A stretch of DNA of 64,000 bases from Alkalispirochaeta sp. (GCA_965601925.1 OZ271854.1:4128001-4192000); one strand, 5' to 3'. Shown: positions 1 through 10,953, counted from the stretch's first letter. A program made the numbers and translations. The notes: a model not told the origin generated them from the letters alone.

Positions 1-491
1 ATCAGGTTCTCATCGTTGGTCATCACCGACCAGTAACTCACCTCGCTCCCCGTACCGGCGGTCGTCGGTACCGCAACCATCGGCGCCGGGGGACGCGCGA
101 GCGTGTTCAATCCCGCGTATCGGGCGATCGGTCCCGGATTGGTCACCGCCGCCGCGACCGCTTTGCCGGCGTCCAAAGAGCTTCCGCCGCCGATCCCGAT
201 TACCGCCTGGGCTCCGTCGTCTGCGAACTGCCTCGCGGCGCGCTCGACGACCGCGGTGCTCGAGTCCTGCGGTACCTCACAAAAGAGACTCACTCCGATA
301 CTCGCCGCGTCGAGACTCGACCGGATCGCATCGACGATGCCGGCGCGCTTCAACCCCGCATCGCTGACGATCAACACTCGAGCCGCACCGATTTCCCGTA
401 TCTTTTGCGGCAGCTTCCCGATCGTACCGGACCCGAAGAGAACCTCCGTGTGAATCGCCGGAAAGGAAAATGATTCTTCGTATCGTTCGAT
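1..491 (-). CDS. Iron-containing alcohol dehydrogenase, 5' part (runs off the left edge)
   Basis: Manual translation gives FSFPAIHTEVLFGSG...VIGIGGGSSLDAGKA...VAVPTTAGTGSEV, containing the GGGS and PTTAGTGSE motifs of Fe-ADH; start codon uncertain. Confidence 0.85.
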   Translation of the reverse strand, partial: MERYEESFSFPAIHTEVLFGSGTIGKLPQKIREIGAARVLIVSDAGLKRAGIVDAIRSSLDAASIGVSLFCEVPQDSSTAVVERAARQFADDGAQAVIGIGGGSSLDAGKAVAAAVTNPGPIARYAGLNTLARPPAPMVAVPTTAGTGSEVSYWSVMTNDENL

Positions 492-499
492 ATAGATTC

Positions 500-535
500 C
501 TATCGTTATAACAGTTAAAACTACTATAACGATAG
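500..535. promoter_or_regulatory. Perfect 11-bp inverted repeat, probable operator upstream of the Fe-ADH gene
   Basis: CTATCGTTATA (500-510), 14-bp AT-rich spacer, TATAACGATAG (525-535). Confidence 0.55.
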
Positions 536-657
536 AACATTAGTCTGTCAAACGCGTACCCGTCTCCCCGGTACTCCACCGAGCCTGCGGATCATACCGA
601 GGAGCTATTTTCGCGCACGCGTCGCGTCCCCTCTCGGAAACGCGCAACGCCTCGGTG

Positions 658-990
658 TCACATGGAGACTTGCGCCATTCGGAGTGTTCCCTCCCCCATG
701 GCGCGACGGAGCTTTGTCGTCCACGCAACGGCATCCCGCTTCGTATCGACTTCGATGATCGTATACCCCGGAATGAGCTCTTTGCCCTCCATGAAGGGTC
801 CGTCGGTGACCGACACCTCTCCGTCGCTGAGCGTCACATGAGTCGTTGCGGACGACAACTGACCGGTAGAGACGATCAATCCCGAGTCCATCCCCTCCTG
901 CATCATCGCCATGAGCTCGGCCATGCCCTCCGGCGAGGGAGGCGTCATCGCTTTGCCGTCCTCCCACACGAAATAGATAAAAAACTGCAT
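658..990 (-). CDS. YciI/DGPF family protein
   Basis: 110 aa with VTDGPFMEGKELIPGY motif; GGAGGAG RBS; directly downstream of an ECF42-type sigma gene. Confidence 0.85.
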   Translation of the reverse strand: MQFFIYFVWEDGKAMTPPSPEGMAELMAMMQEGMDSGLIVSTGQLSSATTHVTLSDGEVSVTDGPFMEGKELIPGYTIIEVDTKRDAVAWTTKLRRAMGEGTLRMAQVSM

Positions 991-1094
991 ATTCTCCTCC
1001 TCGTGGATCGCCGCGCGATCTCCGCCCGCCGTAACCCACTGTGTGTTTTACTATAGTCGAACGGCGAAGGCGAAAAGGGACATCTTCGGTGTGA

Positions 1095-2336
1095 TTACGA
1101 GACGATTTCCGCGAGTCGCCGCTCCAGGTAGCGACGTTCAGGCCCCTGCTCCGCGAGCTCGACGGCGCGACGGTACGCCGCCGCCGCCTGATCAAGATCG
1201 CCCAACCGCCTCGCAAAGTCGGCCCGAGCCGCGTAAAGCTGGTGGTAGTGGCGAAGAGACCCTTCGGCTATAAGATCATCGATGACCTCGAGGGCGACGC
1301 GCGGCCCGTCGCGCATGCCCAAGGCGATCCCCCGGTGCAGCTTGACGACCGGCGACGACACCATAGCGAGAAGCATGTCGTAGTAGCCGACGATGATTCC
1401 CCAATTCGTCGTCGCCACCGATTCCGCCGAGGCGTGGACCGAGACGATGGCCGCTTGCACGCCGTACGGGCCGATTCGCCCGGACATCGCCGATCGCCGC
1501 AACAACTCCAACCCCTCGTCTATGAGCGCGCGGTCCCAGAGCGAGCGATCCTGATCCTCCAGGGCAACGGGCTCTCCTCGGGAGTCGAGGCGCGCGGCGC
1601 TTCTCGACTCGTGGAGGAGCAAGAGAGCGAGAAGGCCGACCGCTTCATGGTGGGGGACGAGATCGACGACGAGACGGGCAAGAAACGTCGCCTCCCTCGT
1701 CAGATCCCTCCTGATATGCTCGTCGCCGCGGCTCGCCGCGTATCCCTCGTTGTATACGAGGTAGATAACGTGGAGCACCGCCCCAAGACGCCTCCCGAGT
1801 TCGCCTTTTGACGGAATCTCGTACGGCACGCGTTTCTCGCGGAGCACCGCCTTGGCCCGGGAAATGCGACGCTTCATCGCTCCTTCGGAGACAAGATAGG
1901 CACGAGCGATTTCCGCCGTTTTGAGGCCGCACACTTCGCGCAAGGAGAGGGCGATACGACCGTCCAGGCTCAACACGGGGTGGCAACAGGTGAAGATGAG
2001 TCGTAGCTGATCGTCCTCAACCGCCTCCCCGTCCCACTCCTGAGGCTCGGCGCCGGTTGCGCCATCGGACGCCTCGATTTCCAGTTGTTCGGTACGCCCG
2101 AGTCGCCGAATCGCATCTATCCCCTTAAACCTCCCGGTCGAGACGAGCCATGCGCGCGGATTTCGCGGCACGCCGTCCCGGGGCCAGGATTCCAACGCAA
2201 CGCGAAAGGCCTCCTGCAGCGCCTCCTCTGCGCGATCGAAATCGCCGAGCAGTCGAATAAGTGTCGCCAGTACTCTCCGCGACTCGGTGCGATAGATTTC
2301 GGCTATACGATCGGCAATCGGGCGCGAGTTCGACAT
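1095..2336 (-). CDS. ECF sigma factor with C-terminal TPR extension (ECF42-like)
   Basis: AEEALQEAF, WPRDGVPRNPRAWL, DDQLRLIFTCCHP and LEDQDRSLWD motifs; paired with a DGPF protein. Confidence 0.9.
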   Translation of the reverse strand: MSNSRPIADRIAEIYRTESRRVLATLIRLLGDFDRAEEALQEAFRVALESWPRDGVPRNPRAWLVSTGRFKGIDAIRRLGRTEQLEIEASDGATGAEPQEWDGEAVEDDQLRLIFTCCHPVLSLDGRIALSLREVCGLKTAEIARAYLVSEGAMKRRISRAKAVLREKRVPYEIPSKGELGRRLGAVLHVIYLVYNEGYAASRGDEHIRRDLTREATFLARLVVDLVPHHEAVGLLALLLLHESRSAARLDSRGEPVALEDQDRSLWDRALIDEGLELLRRSAMSGRIGPYGVQAAIVSVHASAESVATTNWGIIVGYYDMLLAMVSSPVVKLHRGIALGMRDGPRVALEVIDDLIAEGSLRHYHQLYAARADFARRLGDLDQAAAAYRRAVELAEQGPERRYLERRLAEIVS

Positions 2337-2710
2337 GGTGATTCGTATCTGAAGGTACTCAGATATCGAGGAGCGGTCGACGGGAGTCCGCGCGCTCACG
2401 GCTCATTTGAAGAGTCGCAAGAGACACTCGACATCCCGGTCCGTCTCGGTCCCCGATCGACCGCCGGCAAGAACATCGGTCCGCTGAGTTACCGTATGGG
2501 CGCCAACGCGACCTTCTATGCGGAAGGCAGGGACCCGATCTCTTTCGGGAAGCCGGTGTACAGGCATTGTCGGCGATGCGACCCCTCACGAACGGTGCAT
2601 CTCTCCGCGCCGACGGACTGAGTGCCGGAGTACTGAGGCTCGCCGAAACGCATGTACGCAAGCACACCGGCTACTCCCTCGATGAGCCAATCCAGAACCA
2701 CGTCGCTCGG

Positions 2711-2911
2711 GTGGTGACGCCTACGCTCCTCGTGTAGGGTCTACGAGATCCGTGGACAAACCTCGATTTCGTACGCGCCGTCTGCGACGCACTTCCGGTG
2801 GAGAAAGAGCTGCATTGGCTGGAGGAGACGACCCATCGCTTCGACGGCTACAACTGGTTTGGTGACTATCCCGAGACGATGACGACGTTTTTTGGTACGC
2901 ACCTTGCCTAA
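2711..2911 (+). pseudogene. C-terminal remnant of an alpha/beta hydrolase
   Basis: Frame reads VVTPTLLV*GLRDPWTNLDFV...KELHWLEETTHRFDGYNWFGDYPE; in-frame TAG at 2735-2737; no N-terminal part. Confidence 0.5.
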
Positions 2912-2980
2912 GCAACACGGTACGTCAATGCGATATCGTCCGCGTTTCGCAGGTGGCACGTTCGGCATGAAGGTCGGCAC

Positions 2981-3685
2981 GTGTTGCCACTGACCGGAGA
3001 CGCGAGCACCGCTACGGTGACGCGACTCGATGTACAAGACTCGGCGTCGATCGCCGACGCCGTCGCCCGAAGTGTCGATCGATTCGGGCGGATCGATGTC
3101 CTACTGAATAATGCGGGCTACGGCGCCTACGGCGTGCTCGAGGCGACACCCATGGAGGCGGTACGACGCCAGTTTGACGTAAACGTCATCGGACTGATCG
3201 AGACCACGAAAGCGGTGACGCCTCACTTCCGCGCGGCCGGCGGAGGAACGATCATTAACGTATCGTCCGTCGGCGGCAAGATCGCCCTACCCCTCGGAAG
3301 CTTGTACCACGGCACGAAGTTCGCGGTGGAGGGGCTCTCCGAGGCGCTCGCTTTTGAGATGGAGGCCGTCGGCGTGCGCGTGAAACTCGTGGAGCCCGGG
3401 GCGATCAAGACCGACTTCAGTACGCGGTCCTTCGACTTCAACAACGACGAAGCCTTGGCGGAGTACCAGGGAGTCGTCGGAAAACTCGTTGACGCCATGG
3501 GTAGCTTCTTGGAGCACGCGGCGGACCCGTCGATGGTCGCCGAGGTTATCTATCGCGCCGCAACCGATCGGTCCCCGCGCATTCGCTATATCGCCGGGGA
3601 CGACGCGCGGCAGTTCATCGATTTGCGCAAGAGCGCCGACGACGCGGCGTTCACCGCGGCAATCAAAGAACGCTTCGGTCTCTGA
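2981..3685 (+). pseudogene. SDR oxidoreductase, 5'-truncated
   Basis: LDV, NNAG and YHGTK (YxxxK) present; the N-terminal TGxxxGxG motif is absent back to the upstream in-frame stop at 2909. Confidence 0.7.
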
Positions 3686-3822
3686 CTTCCACGACCGCCG
3701 CGCGGCCGGCATTCCCCACGGCACGGTGCGCACCCTCGGCATACGGGCGGCGTACCGTCGGCGGTGGGCCACTGTGCGGAGCAGGTTCTCGATGGTGGCG
3801 CGTGTCGGGTATGGTGAGTGTC

Positions 3823-4725
3823 ATGACATCACACACGTTGACCGTCGCGATGCTCCAACTTGACCGTCCATCGCACCTCGCCGAGTCTTTGCAAGTCGGG
3901 CTCGATGCGTGCGCCGCCGCCGCGTCCATGGGAGCCGACATCGCGGTCTTTCCGGAGATGTGGAACGTCGGCTACCGGTTTCCGTCCACCGAGCTCACCG
4001 CCCAAGCGTGGCGGGAACAGGCGATTTCCGAGAAAGACGCGTACTACCGTGCGTTCGTACAATCGGCGACTGACAACGACATTGCGATCGCCCTTACGTA
4101 CCTTCGCCGTAATCCCGACGGCGGCCCGTTCAACGCCGTGTCGATTATCGATCGTACCGGCACGACGCGTCTCACCTATGCCAAGGTACATACCTGCGAC
4201 TTCTCGCCCGAAATCGATCTAACCCCCGGACGCGAGTTCGCGGTATGCGACCTCGCCACACGCCGAGGTTCCGTGACGATCGGCGCGATGATCTGCTACG
4301 ACCGGGAGTTTCCCGAGAGTGCCCGAATACTAATGCTCCGAGGAGCGGAGATACTCATCGTCTCGAACGCATGCGACGTCGACACGCACAGAAAACACCA
4401 ACTGCAGACTCGTTCGTTCGAGAACATGGTGGGGTGCGCTCTGGTGAACTACGGCGGAGAACCGTATCGCGGAAAGTCTGTCGCCTTCGACGGTATCGCC
4501 TACACCGAACCCCGCGGAGAGACCGACGGTGAGGCGCGGGATATGCAGATCGCGGAGGCCGGGAGAGACTCCGGGATCGTACTTGCGCGGTTCGACGTCG
4601 ACGCGTTACGTGAGTACCGCGCACGGGAGTCCTGGGCCAACACATACCGAAAGCCCGCTTGTTACGGCGCACTCGTCGATCGGACGGTACGCGCGCCGTT
4701 TCGGAGAAGCGATGCGCGTCGATAA
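3823..4725 (+). CDS. Carbon-nitrogen hydrolase (nitrilase superfamily)
   Basis: E-K-C triad motifs VFPEMW, YAKVH, ICYDREFPE. Confidence 0.9.
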   Translation: MTSHTLTVAMLQLDRPSHLAESLQVGLDACAAAASMGADIAVFPEMWNVGYRFPSTELTAQAWREQAISEKDAYYRAFVQSATDNDIAIALTYLRRNPDGGPFNAVSIIDRTGTTRLTYAKVHTCDFSPEIDLTPGREFAVCDLATRRGSVTIGAMICYDREFPESARILMLRGAEILIVSNACDVDTHRKHQLQTRSFENMVGCALVNYGGEPYRGKSVAFDGIAYTEPRGETDGEARDMQIAEAGRDSGIVLARFDVDALREYRARESWANTYRKPACYGALVDRTVRAPFRRSDARR

Positions 4726-5020
4726 GGCCGACTATCCCGACTCACAGCGACCTCGCCGGGACGCACCGTCGGACGCGGCGTGCATCGGTGCTTCGCTCCG
4801 TCTCCGCGGTATCTTGCCGACTGCTGCGTGCGTCGCGCCGCTGCGGGCGCTTAGCCGCAAGGCGCGTGCGCGCACTGTCAAAAATCCATGAGAGGGCGCG
4901 CTCATTCTTGCACCTCCGGAGCGGATGCGCGATCTTTCTCCGTATGGTACACCGGCGCACGCGGGCGCGCCACGGCGCGATCCATCGCCGTGCGGTCGAA
5001 CTACCGAATGGAGGGGGCAT

Positions 5021-6016
5021 ATGTTCAGAATCGCGACATTCAACGTAGAAAACTTGGACGACAACGCAGACGAGAAAAACCCGCCTTTGGCGGAGCGTAT
5101 ACCGGTGTTGCGCCGTGAGTTGGAGCGCCTGGATGCGGACGTGCTGTGTCTGCAGGAGGTGCATGGCCAGGAGCTTCCGGGACATACCGCCGATAGGCCG
5201 AGGAGGGAGCTATCGGCGCTGAGAGCGGTACTCGAACGCACTCGATATGAGTCGTATTCGATAGCGAGTACACAGACCGGCGCCGGCGTTCCTTACAACG
5301 AGCGGAACCTCGTCGTCTTATCGAAACTCCCGATTCAACGCGTAGAACAGTACCGCAACGACAGAATCGAGGAGTTACAATACCGACGCGTAACGGCCGT
5401 CGATCCGCCGGATACGGAGGCCAAACCGGTACGGTGGGAGCGCCCCATTCTCCACGTGCAGATATCGCTCAACGACGCATCGACCCTTCATGTTCTCAAT
5501 CTCCATCTCAAGTCACGCCTCGCGTCGTCGATACCGGGCCAACGGGATCGTTGGACGTGGAACAGCGCCGCCGGCTGGGCGGAAGGATACTTTCTGTCGT
5601 CGATCAAACGTGTCGGGCAGGCACTCGAAACGCGACTGCTAATCGACGAGTTGTTCGACGGTGATCCAACCGCCAAGATAGTCGTCTGCGGCGATTTCAA
5701 CGCCGAACCCGGCGAGGTACCGGTGGAGGCGATCCTGGGTCGAGTGGAGAATACGAACAACCCCGCTCTCAGAGGACGCGTGCTGATACCCTTCAGTAGA
5801 GCTATTCCGTCGTCGGTTCGGTACAGCCACCTCCACCACGGCCACGGGAACCTGCTGGATCATATGGTCGTGTCGCAATCGCTGTTGCCGCACATTCACG
5901 CAGCGCGAATCAATAACGAAAACCTGCACGACGAGAGTCTTCCCTTCGCGTTCGACACCAAGTACCCGGAGTCGGATCACGCCGCCTTCGTAGCGGAGTT
6001 TCGAGACATGTCGTAG
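5021..6016 (+). CDS. Endonuclease/exonuclease/phosphatase (EEP) family protein
   Basis: ATFNVENL, LQEV, HLKS, GDFN, LDH and SDH motifs; GGAGG RBS. Confidence 0.9.
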   Translation: MFRIATFNVENLDDNADEKNPPLAERIPVLRRELERLDADVLCLQEVHGQELPGHTADRPRRELSALRAVLERTRYESYSIASTQTGAGVPYNERNLVVLSKLPIQRVEQYRNDRIEELQYRRVTAVDPPDTEAKPVRWERPILHVQISLNDASTLHVLNLHLKSRLASSIPGQRDRWTWNSAAGWAEGYFLSSIKRVGQALETRLLIDELFDGDPTAKIVVCGDFNAEPGEVPVEAILGRVENTNNPALRGRVLIPFSRAIPSSVRYSHLHHGHGNLLDHMVVSQSLLPHIHAARINNENLHDESLPFAFDTKYPESDHAAFVAEFRDMS

Positions 6017-6045
6017 CCGCTCGAAAAAATGAGCACCCCCGATTG

Positions 6046-6771
6046 CTACTCAGCCTCCAACGATGCGAAGAACGTACCGCGCGCCATGTTGCTCCGGCAA
6101 CGCAGCAAGTGGTTCTGAAGAACGTCCACCGCCTCGGACGAGTTCTCCCGCAACAGCTCGTAGATTCGTCGATGGTCACTCTCGAGACGCTCCATATCCG
6201 GCTCGATACCGGCGCGGACGGTGAACGAAATATTGAGGTGGAGCGCGTTCGAACGATACGCACGCAACAGCTGCGCGTTTCCGGCGAGGCGGCACAACTC
6301 CACGTGAAAGAGCTGGTCGTACTTCACGAACTCACCCATGCGTCCGCGATCGTCGCCGACCGGCATGACCGCCTCCATCGCGTCGAGGTAGCCTTCAAGC
6401 TGACCGAGATCCTCGGACGTTACCGAGGGATAAACCCTCTTCACGGCGTGGAGTTCGAGCACGACTCGCAGCTCGAAGGCGTCAAGCATGTCGCGCCGCG
6501 TCGGCATTCGCACGATGCAAGTGCTCCGCGGCCGTACCTCGATGATTCCCTCGAACTCCAAACGACGAATCGCATCCCGCACCGGCATACTACTCACCCC
6601 CAAGATCTCGGCAATCTCGCGGATGCTCAGACGATCGCCGTAGGCGATCTCGCCTCCGATGATGCGGTTGGTGAGATACTCGTATATCTGCGCGCTGAGC
6701 GTCCTCGTCTCCAGAGGCGATTCGGTAACGGCGGCCTTCCGAGTCGCCCCCGATGCGGTTTCGTTCACCAT
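6046..6771 (-). CDS. GntR family (FadR/FCD) transcriptional regulator
   Basis: HTH LGVSSMPVRDAIRRLEFEG plus FCD-like DQLFH..GN segment. Confidence 0.9.
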   Translation of the reverse strand: MVNETASGATRKAAVTESPLETRTLSAQIYEYLTNRIIGGEIAYGDRLSIREIAEILGVSSMPVRDAIRRLEFEGIIEVRPRSTCIVRMPTRRDMLDAFELRVVLELHAVKRVYPSVTSEDLGQLEGYLDAMEAVMPVGDDRGRMGEFVKYDQLFHVELCRLAGNAQLLRAYRSNALHLNISFTVRAGIEPDMERLESDHRRIYELLRENSSEAVDVLQNHLLRCRSNMARGTFFASLEAE

Positions 6772-6854
6772 AGCCGTTCCTCGTTCCTTTGATATCCTAC
6801 AACAAGCGGGACGATCAAACCACGTCGGATCGGAGAAATCTGTAGAATCCTTTC

Positions 6855-6894
6855 TTGACGCCGCTACCGTTTCATCACATGATATCTGATATCA
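6855..6894 (+). promoter_or_regulatory. Putative sigma70 promoter overlapped by a palindromic operator
   Basis: TTGACG (6855-6860), 17 bp, CATGAT; palindrome TGATATC-T-GATATCA at 6880-6894, between divergent gntR and dehydrogenase genes. Confidence 0.55.
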
Positions 6895-7020
6895 CAGAGT
6901 AGTCAAATATGAGACGACCCGGAACGGACGATAGCGAGCCCGTCTCGAACGGGCGTGAAAGATGGAGGATGGGCGGGCACAGCTCGCAGATCTCTATGAA
7001 ATCCACCGTGGAGGCGGACC

Positions 7021-8031
7021 GTGTCGCGGAAATCGATCGTTGTCTTTGCAAGTTCATTTATGGATGAGCTGGAAACGCTGCCGGAGCGGTCGCATGCCGC
7101 CTACCGCGCGCTCGAGACCTTTGTGGCCGGCTCCGCGGAGCGGTACCGGATCGAGCTTAAGTGCGACAGAGATCCTCACGACCCGGTACGACGCGAGGAG
7201 CTCTCCGAGGCGGTCGGTGTGATCGCCGACCTGGAGCGCTACTCAGCGGAACTCTTGACCGAGGTGGGAGGCGCCGGCGGCGGTACGCTGCGCATCATAG
7301 CGCGCTACGGTGTGGGTACCGATAGCGTAGCGCTGGATGCGGCGACGCGCTCCGGCGTGGTCGTCGCCAACACCCCCGGTGCGAACTCGTTGCCCACCGC
7401 CGAGTGGAGCGTTGCGACGCTCTTGGACGTGGCGGGGCGTCGGATTCCACACCACGAGCGTGCCCGCGCGGGACGAGACAAACAAGGGCCCTCGCGCCTC
7501 GATGTGTACGGACGCACCTTAGGTGTCGTCGGTACCGGTACGATCGGTCGATTGGTGATTGGGCTCTTGCGCGGCTTTAACATGGAGGTGCTCGCCTACG
7601 ATCCATACCCCGATGCCGCGTGGGCCGAGGCGGCGGGAGCGCACTACGTCGCATTTGAGGAGCTGTTGGAGCGCGCCGATCTCATTACACTTCACGCATC
7701 GGTCCGTCACACTATCGTCGGCGCAGCCGAGCTCGCATGTATGAAACGCAACGCGGTCCTGGTCAATTGCGCTCGCGGCCTTCTCGTCGACAATCGACTC
7801 GCCTACGAGGCCGTCAGAAGCGGTGCGCTCTTCGGCTACGGTATTGACGAGGTGTGGCCGCACCCTGAACTCTCGCTTGCAGGCCTCAATATCGCCGCCA
7901 GCCCCCACGTCGGCAGCGATACCGACGAGGGAAAGGCGCGCATGCAGGAGGCGTCGGCCGCCGCCGTGATCGACTTTCTGTCGGGAAAGCGTCCGCAAAG
8001 CGTCGTAAACCCAGCCGTGTTCGAACGATAG
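7021..8031 (+). CDS. D-isomer specific 2-hydroxyacid dehydrogenase (phosphoglycerate dehydrogenase-like)
   Basis: RYGVGTD, NTPGAN, GVVGTGTIG, VNCARG and SPHVG motifs. Confidence 0.9.
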   Translation: MSRKSIVVFASSFMDELETLPERSHAAYRALETFVAGSAERYRIELKCDRDPHDPVRREELSEAVGVIADLERYSAELLTEVGGAGGGTLRIIARYGVGTDSVALDAATRSGVVVANTPGANSLPTAEWSVATLLDVAGRRIPHHERARAGRDKQGPSRLDVYGRTLGVVGTGTIGRLVIGLLRGFNMEVLAYDPYPDAAWAEAAGAHYVAFEELLERADLITLHASVRHTIVGAAELACMKRNAVLVNCARGLLVDNRLAYEAVRSGALFGYGIDEVWPHPELSLAGLNIAASPHVGSDTDEGKARMQEASAAAVIDFLSGKRPQSVVNPAVFER

Positions 8032-8574
8032 CCTCATATGTGTCGTAGTGTGGCGGACTCGGACCGTCAAAACGTCGTGTCGGTGGCGACCAATACGATC
8101 AACGACGAATTCTGCTCATACGCCTCCTCGGCGACGAGGTGTTTGGCCTCCTCAGAGACGATGCAGCGCGCCGCCGGTACATCCACGGCGCGGTTAAACC
8201 AGTCGGCCGACGGATCGCCCCGCACGGTATAGCGCAGACGCAGCGCCGTGCCGTCGGGCCTCACCTCGACAAGCCCCAGTTCCGGCTGGGCGGCGAGGAA
8301 ATCGTCGTGGAGAATTGCGTCTCGCGGCAATGGTGCCGATTCGTTCCGACCGGAGGCGCATTAGGTCGCGAATACGACGAAGCCGACTCCCAACGCGCAC
8401 TCGTCGTGAGACGAACTGAGGCGGTAGATCATTGAGGTCTATCGATGGCCCAATCTTCCACGTCGGCCGCCGCGTCGTGCAATCGTCCCTATCATAGTTG
8501 CGGAGCGTTCGGCCGAACGCGGAGACATCGTTCCCGTCGAGTCGAGGTACGATCCTTCGTGCGCGCTCGAGATC

Positions 8575-9897
8575 TTATAGCGCCGGCGCGACGGAGACCA
8601 TCTCCTCCGGTCGGTGGGGATCGCCCTCTCGCCCGATGTGTGCGTAGCGTTCGATACGTTGGGATAGTGAGCGACCGGCGAGAGGATTATCGGCGTGGAA
8701 GAGTCCGTAGCGCTCGTCGTGGGACGCGAGCGTCTCGTGGGCGATAAGTGCCCACGTGGTGGTATTGAGATGGCTGAACTCGCTCCGCATGACCTCACGA
8801 CAGGTAAAGGCCTGCCGTCTGGAGTTGATATCGACGCCGCTGATCTCCATTAGCCCCGCCGAGGCGGCCAGGCGCTGGACGGTGCGCAGTTGCTCGGCGG
8901 TATTTCGCGGGGGCATGTAGGTAATCGCTTGGAATCCGATCTCCGGCAGCGCCGCGGCGAGTTCCTCGACATAAGCGTCCTCAAAGCGTTGCGCCTTCTT
9001 ATCGCCGGTCGGAGAGTCGCCCACATCGCCGAGATAGGCGTACGCCGGAATCGAACCCAGCTCTCGGGCCAAGACGGTAACTCGGCGTACCGGCAAACAC
9101 TCCTCTTCCGCGGGCTGAATGAAGAATCGCTCGACGAAACGGCCCTTGAATACCCCCAGAAGGTCGTACAAATAGTGCGGGTTATCGGCGTCGGTGAGGT
9201 GTGCACGTTGCCTATCGGCAAGCGTTAGGCCGATAGCACCTTCTATGAAACGTATGAGAGCCTCACCCCTTCCGTACGCGGCCTCGAGTTTGATCGCCAA
9301 CGCGTAGAGAATATGACGCTCGGTGACGCTCCCTCCGCGATCCGACCAGCTCAGCGGCAACACATCGCTATCGAAGTCGACCGGATCGAGCCCGGCGGGG
9401 ACGATTATGTCGTTGAGGCGCACCACCTGACGGCGGTTGCGAGCGTTGCGGACGCTTTGTAGTGGACGCAGGAACCGTTGTAACTCGTCGATACGTGACG
9501 CCGGAACACCGTGGAGCACTATGTAGGCGATACCGATCGAATCGGGGTTATTCAACCGTACGTCGGCAAAGGGCGTATCGACGAATCGCACCCGCAACTC
9601 GGCGCCGACCGTGGAACCGATGCCCAGGATGCGCGCCGCCGCCGCCATTTCTCGCGCTGCGCCGATCGAATCGTGGTCGACACTCCCGACCGCCTCCAGG
9701 CCGCTCTTGCGCGCCATGTAGGCCGCCGATGCCGGCGAGTACGGGCTGAAGGAGTAGTGGGTGTGGACGTGATTGTTGACTTCACCGGAGGTCGGCGTAT
9801 CGAGAATACCCCGGTCGTTGCGGCCCACCGCATCGCGCAACGCATCCAACCGTTCCTCTTCGGTGGGCGATTCCAGTCCGGAGATGACCTCGTACAT
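8575..9897 (-). CDS. PHP domain-containing protein
   Basis: NNHVHTHYS, VDHD and GAE metal-binding motifs. Confidence 0.8.
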   Translation of the reverse strand: MYEVISGLESPTEEERLDALRDAVGRNDRGILDTPTSGEVNNHVHTHYSFSPYSPASAAYMARKSGLEAVGSVDHDSIGAAREMAAAARILGIGSTVGAELRVRFVDTPFADVRLNNPDSIGIAYIVLHGVPASRIDELQRFLRPLQSVRNARNRRQVVRLNDIIVPAGLDPVDFDSDVLPLSWSDRGGSVTERHILYALAIKLEAAYGRGEALIRFIEGAIGLTLADRQRAHLTDADNPHYLYDLLGVFKGRFVERFFIQPAEEECLPVRRVTVLARELGSIPAYAYLGDVGDSPTGDKKAQRFEDAYVEELAAALPEIGFQAITYMPPRNTAEQLRTVQRLAASAGLMEISGVDINSRRQAFTCREVMRSEFSHLNTTTWALIAHETLASHDERYGLFHADNPLAGRSLSQRIERYAHIGREGDPHRPEEMVSVAPAL

Positions 9898-9912
9898 CGG
9901 ATCGTACTCCCG

Positions 9913-10839
9913 TCAGCTCTTGAGAGCCGCGACGACCTCATGGAGGACCCGTTGCGCGTCGTCGTTCTCAATCTGACACGTCCCCGCCGCAGGGTGTCCA
10001 CCACCGCCGTAGCGCAACATCAGCTCGCCGATATTCACCCCGTTCGTGCGATTAAATATCGATCTTCCGACGGTGAGGACGGTATTTTGGCGCTTGAAGC
10101 CCCAGATGACCTGGATTGATACGTCGGTCTCGGGGAAGATTGCGTACTTCACGAAACGATTCCCGGCGTAAATCATCTCCTCGCCGCGCAGATCGACGAT
10201 CAACACATTACCGTCGGCGGTGCCGGACGCGCGAATCTGCGTCTGAAACTTGTCCTGATGTTCAAAGTAGAGATCCACCCGCTCGGCAACATCGGGGAGC
10301 GCGAGAATGTCGTCGATATCGTGATCCTTGCAGTAGTCGATCAGATCCATCATGAGCTGGTAGTTCGAAATACGAAAGTTACGAAAACGCCCCAAACCGG
10401 TACGCGCGTCCATAATGAAGTTGAGTAGGTTCCATCCCTCGGGATTGAGCACCTCCTCGCGCGTGAAATCGGCCGAGTCGCCCTTATCGACGGCCGCCAT
10501 CATATCGTCGCTCACCGACGGAAATGTCTTTTTGCCTCCCAGGTAATCGTACACCACCCGCGCCGCGCTCGGAGCGTCGGGATCGATGATGTAGTTTTCC
10601 TTCTCTCCTACGCGAATCATTTCGGAGTGGTGGTGGTCAAAGGCGAGATGAACGCCCTCGACGTACGGAAGATTCGTCGTGATATCGTCTCCCGAGATTG
10701 CGATCAGACCGTCCTGCATATCCTTGGGGTGGACAAATTTGATCTCATCGATCATATCTTGCGCTCTGAGGAGAACTGCGCATACCAAGCCGTCAAAATC
10801 GCTTCGCGTGACCAGCCGGTACTTCTTATCACTATCCAT
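9913..10839 (-). CDS. DHH/DHHA1 family phosphoesterase (exopolyphosphatase/nanoRNase-like)
   Basis: RSDFDG, FDHH and GGGHPAAG motifs. Confidence 0.85.
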   Translation of the reverse strand: MDSDKKYRLVTRSDFDGLVCAVLLRAQDMIDEIKFVHPKDMQDGLIAISGDDITTNLPYVEGVHLAFDHHHSEMIRVGEKENYIIDPDAPSAARVVYDYLGGKKTFPSVSDDMMAAVDKGDSADFTREEVLNPEGWNLLNFIMDARTGLGRFRNFRISNYQLMMDLIDYCKDHDIDDILALPDVAERVDLYFEHQDKFQTQIRASGTADGNVLIVDLRGEEMIYAGNRFVKYAIFPETDVSIQVIWGFKRQNTVLTVGRSIFNRTNGVNIGELMLRYGGGGHPAAGTCQIENDDAQRVLHEVVAALKS

Positions 10840-10953
10840 AATGCCTCCGCTTGCACCGCAAGTTTAGCCGAGAACCGGCCGTTCCTCAAGCAAACCGCCT
10901 AAACAGCGTCCCCGTGGACAATCGCCATGCCCTGTACTATAAAGGGCGTGACC

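Noticed and set aside
8067..8450. Small minus-strand ORF between the dehydrogenase and PHP genes
   Set aside because: May be real, but no recognisable motif or confident start.
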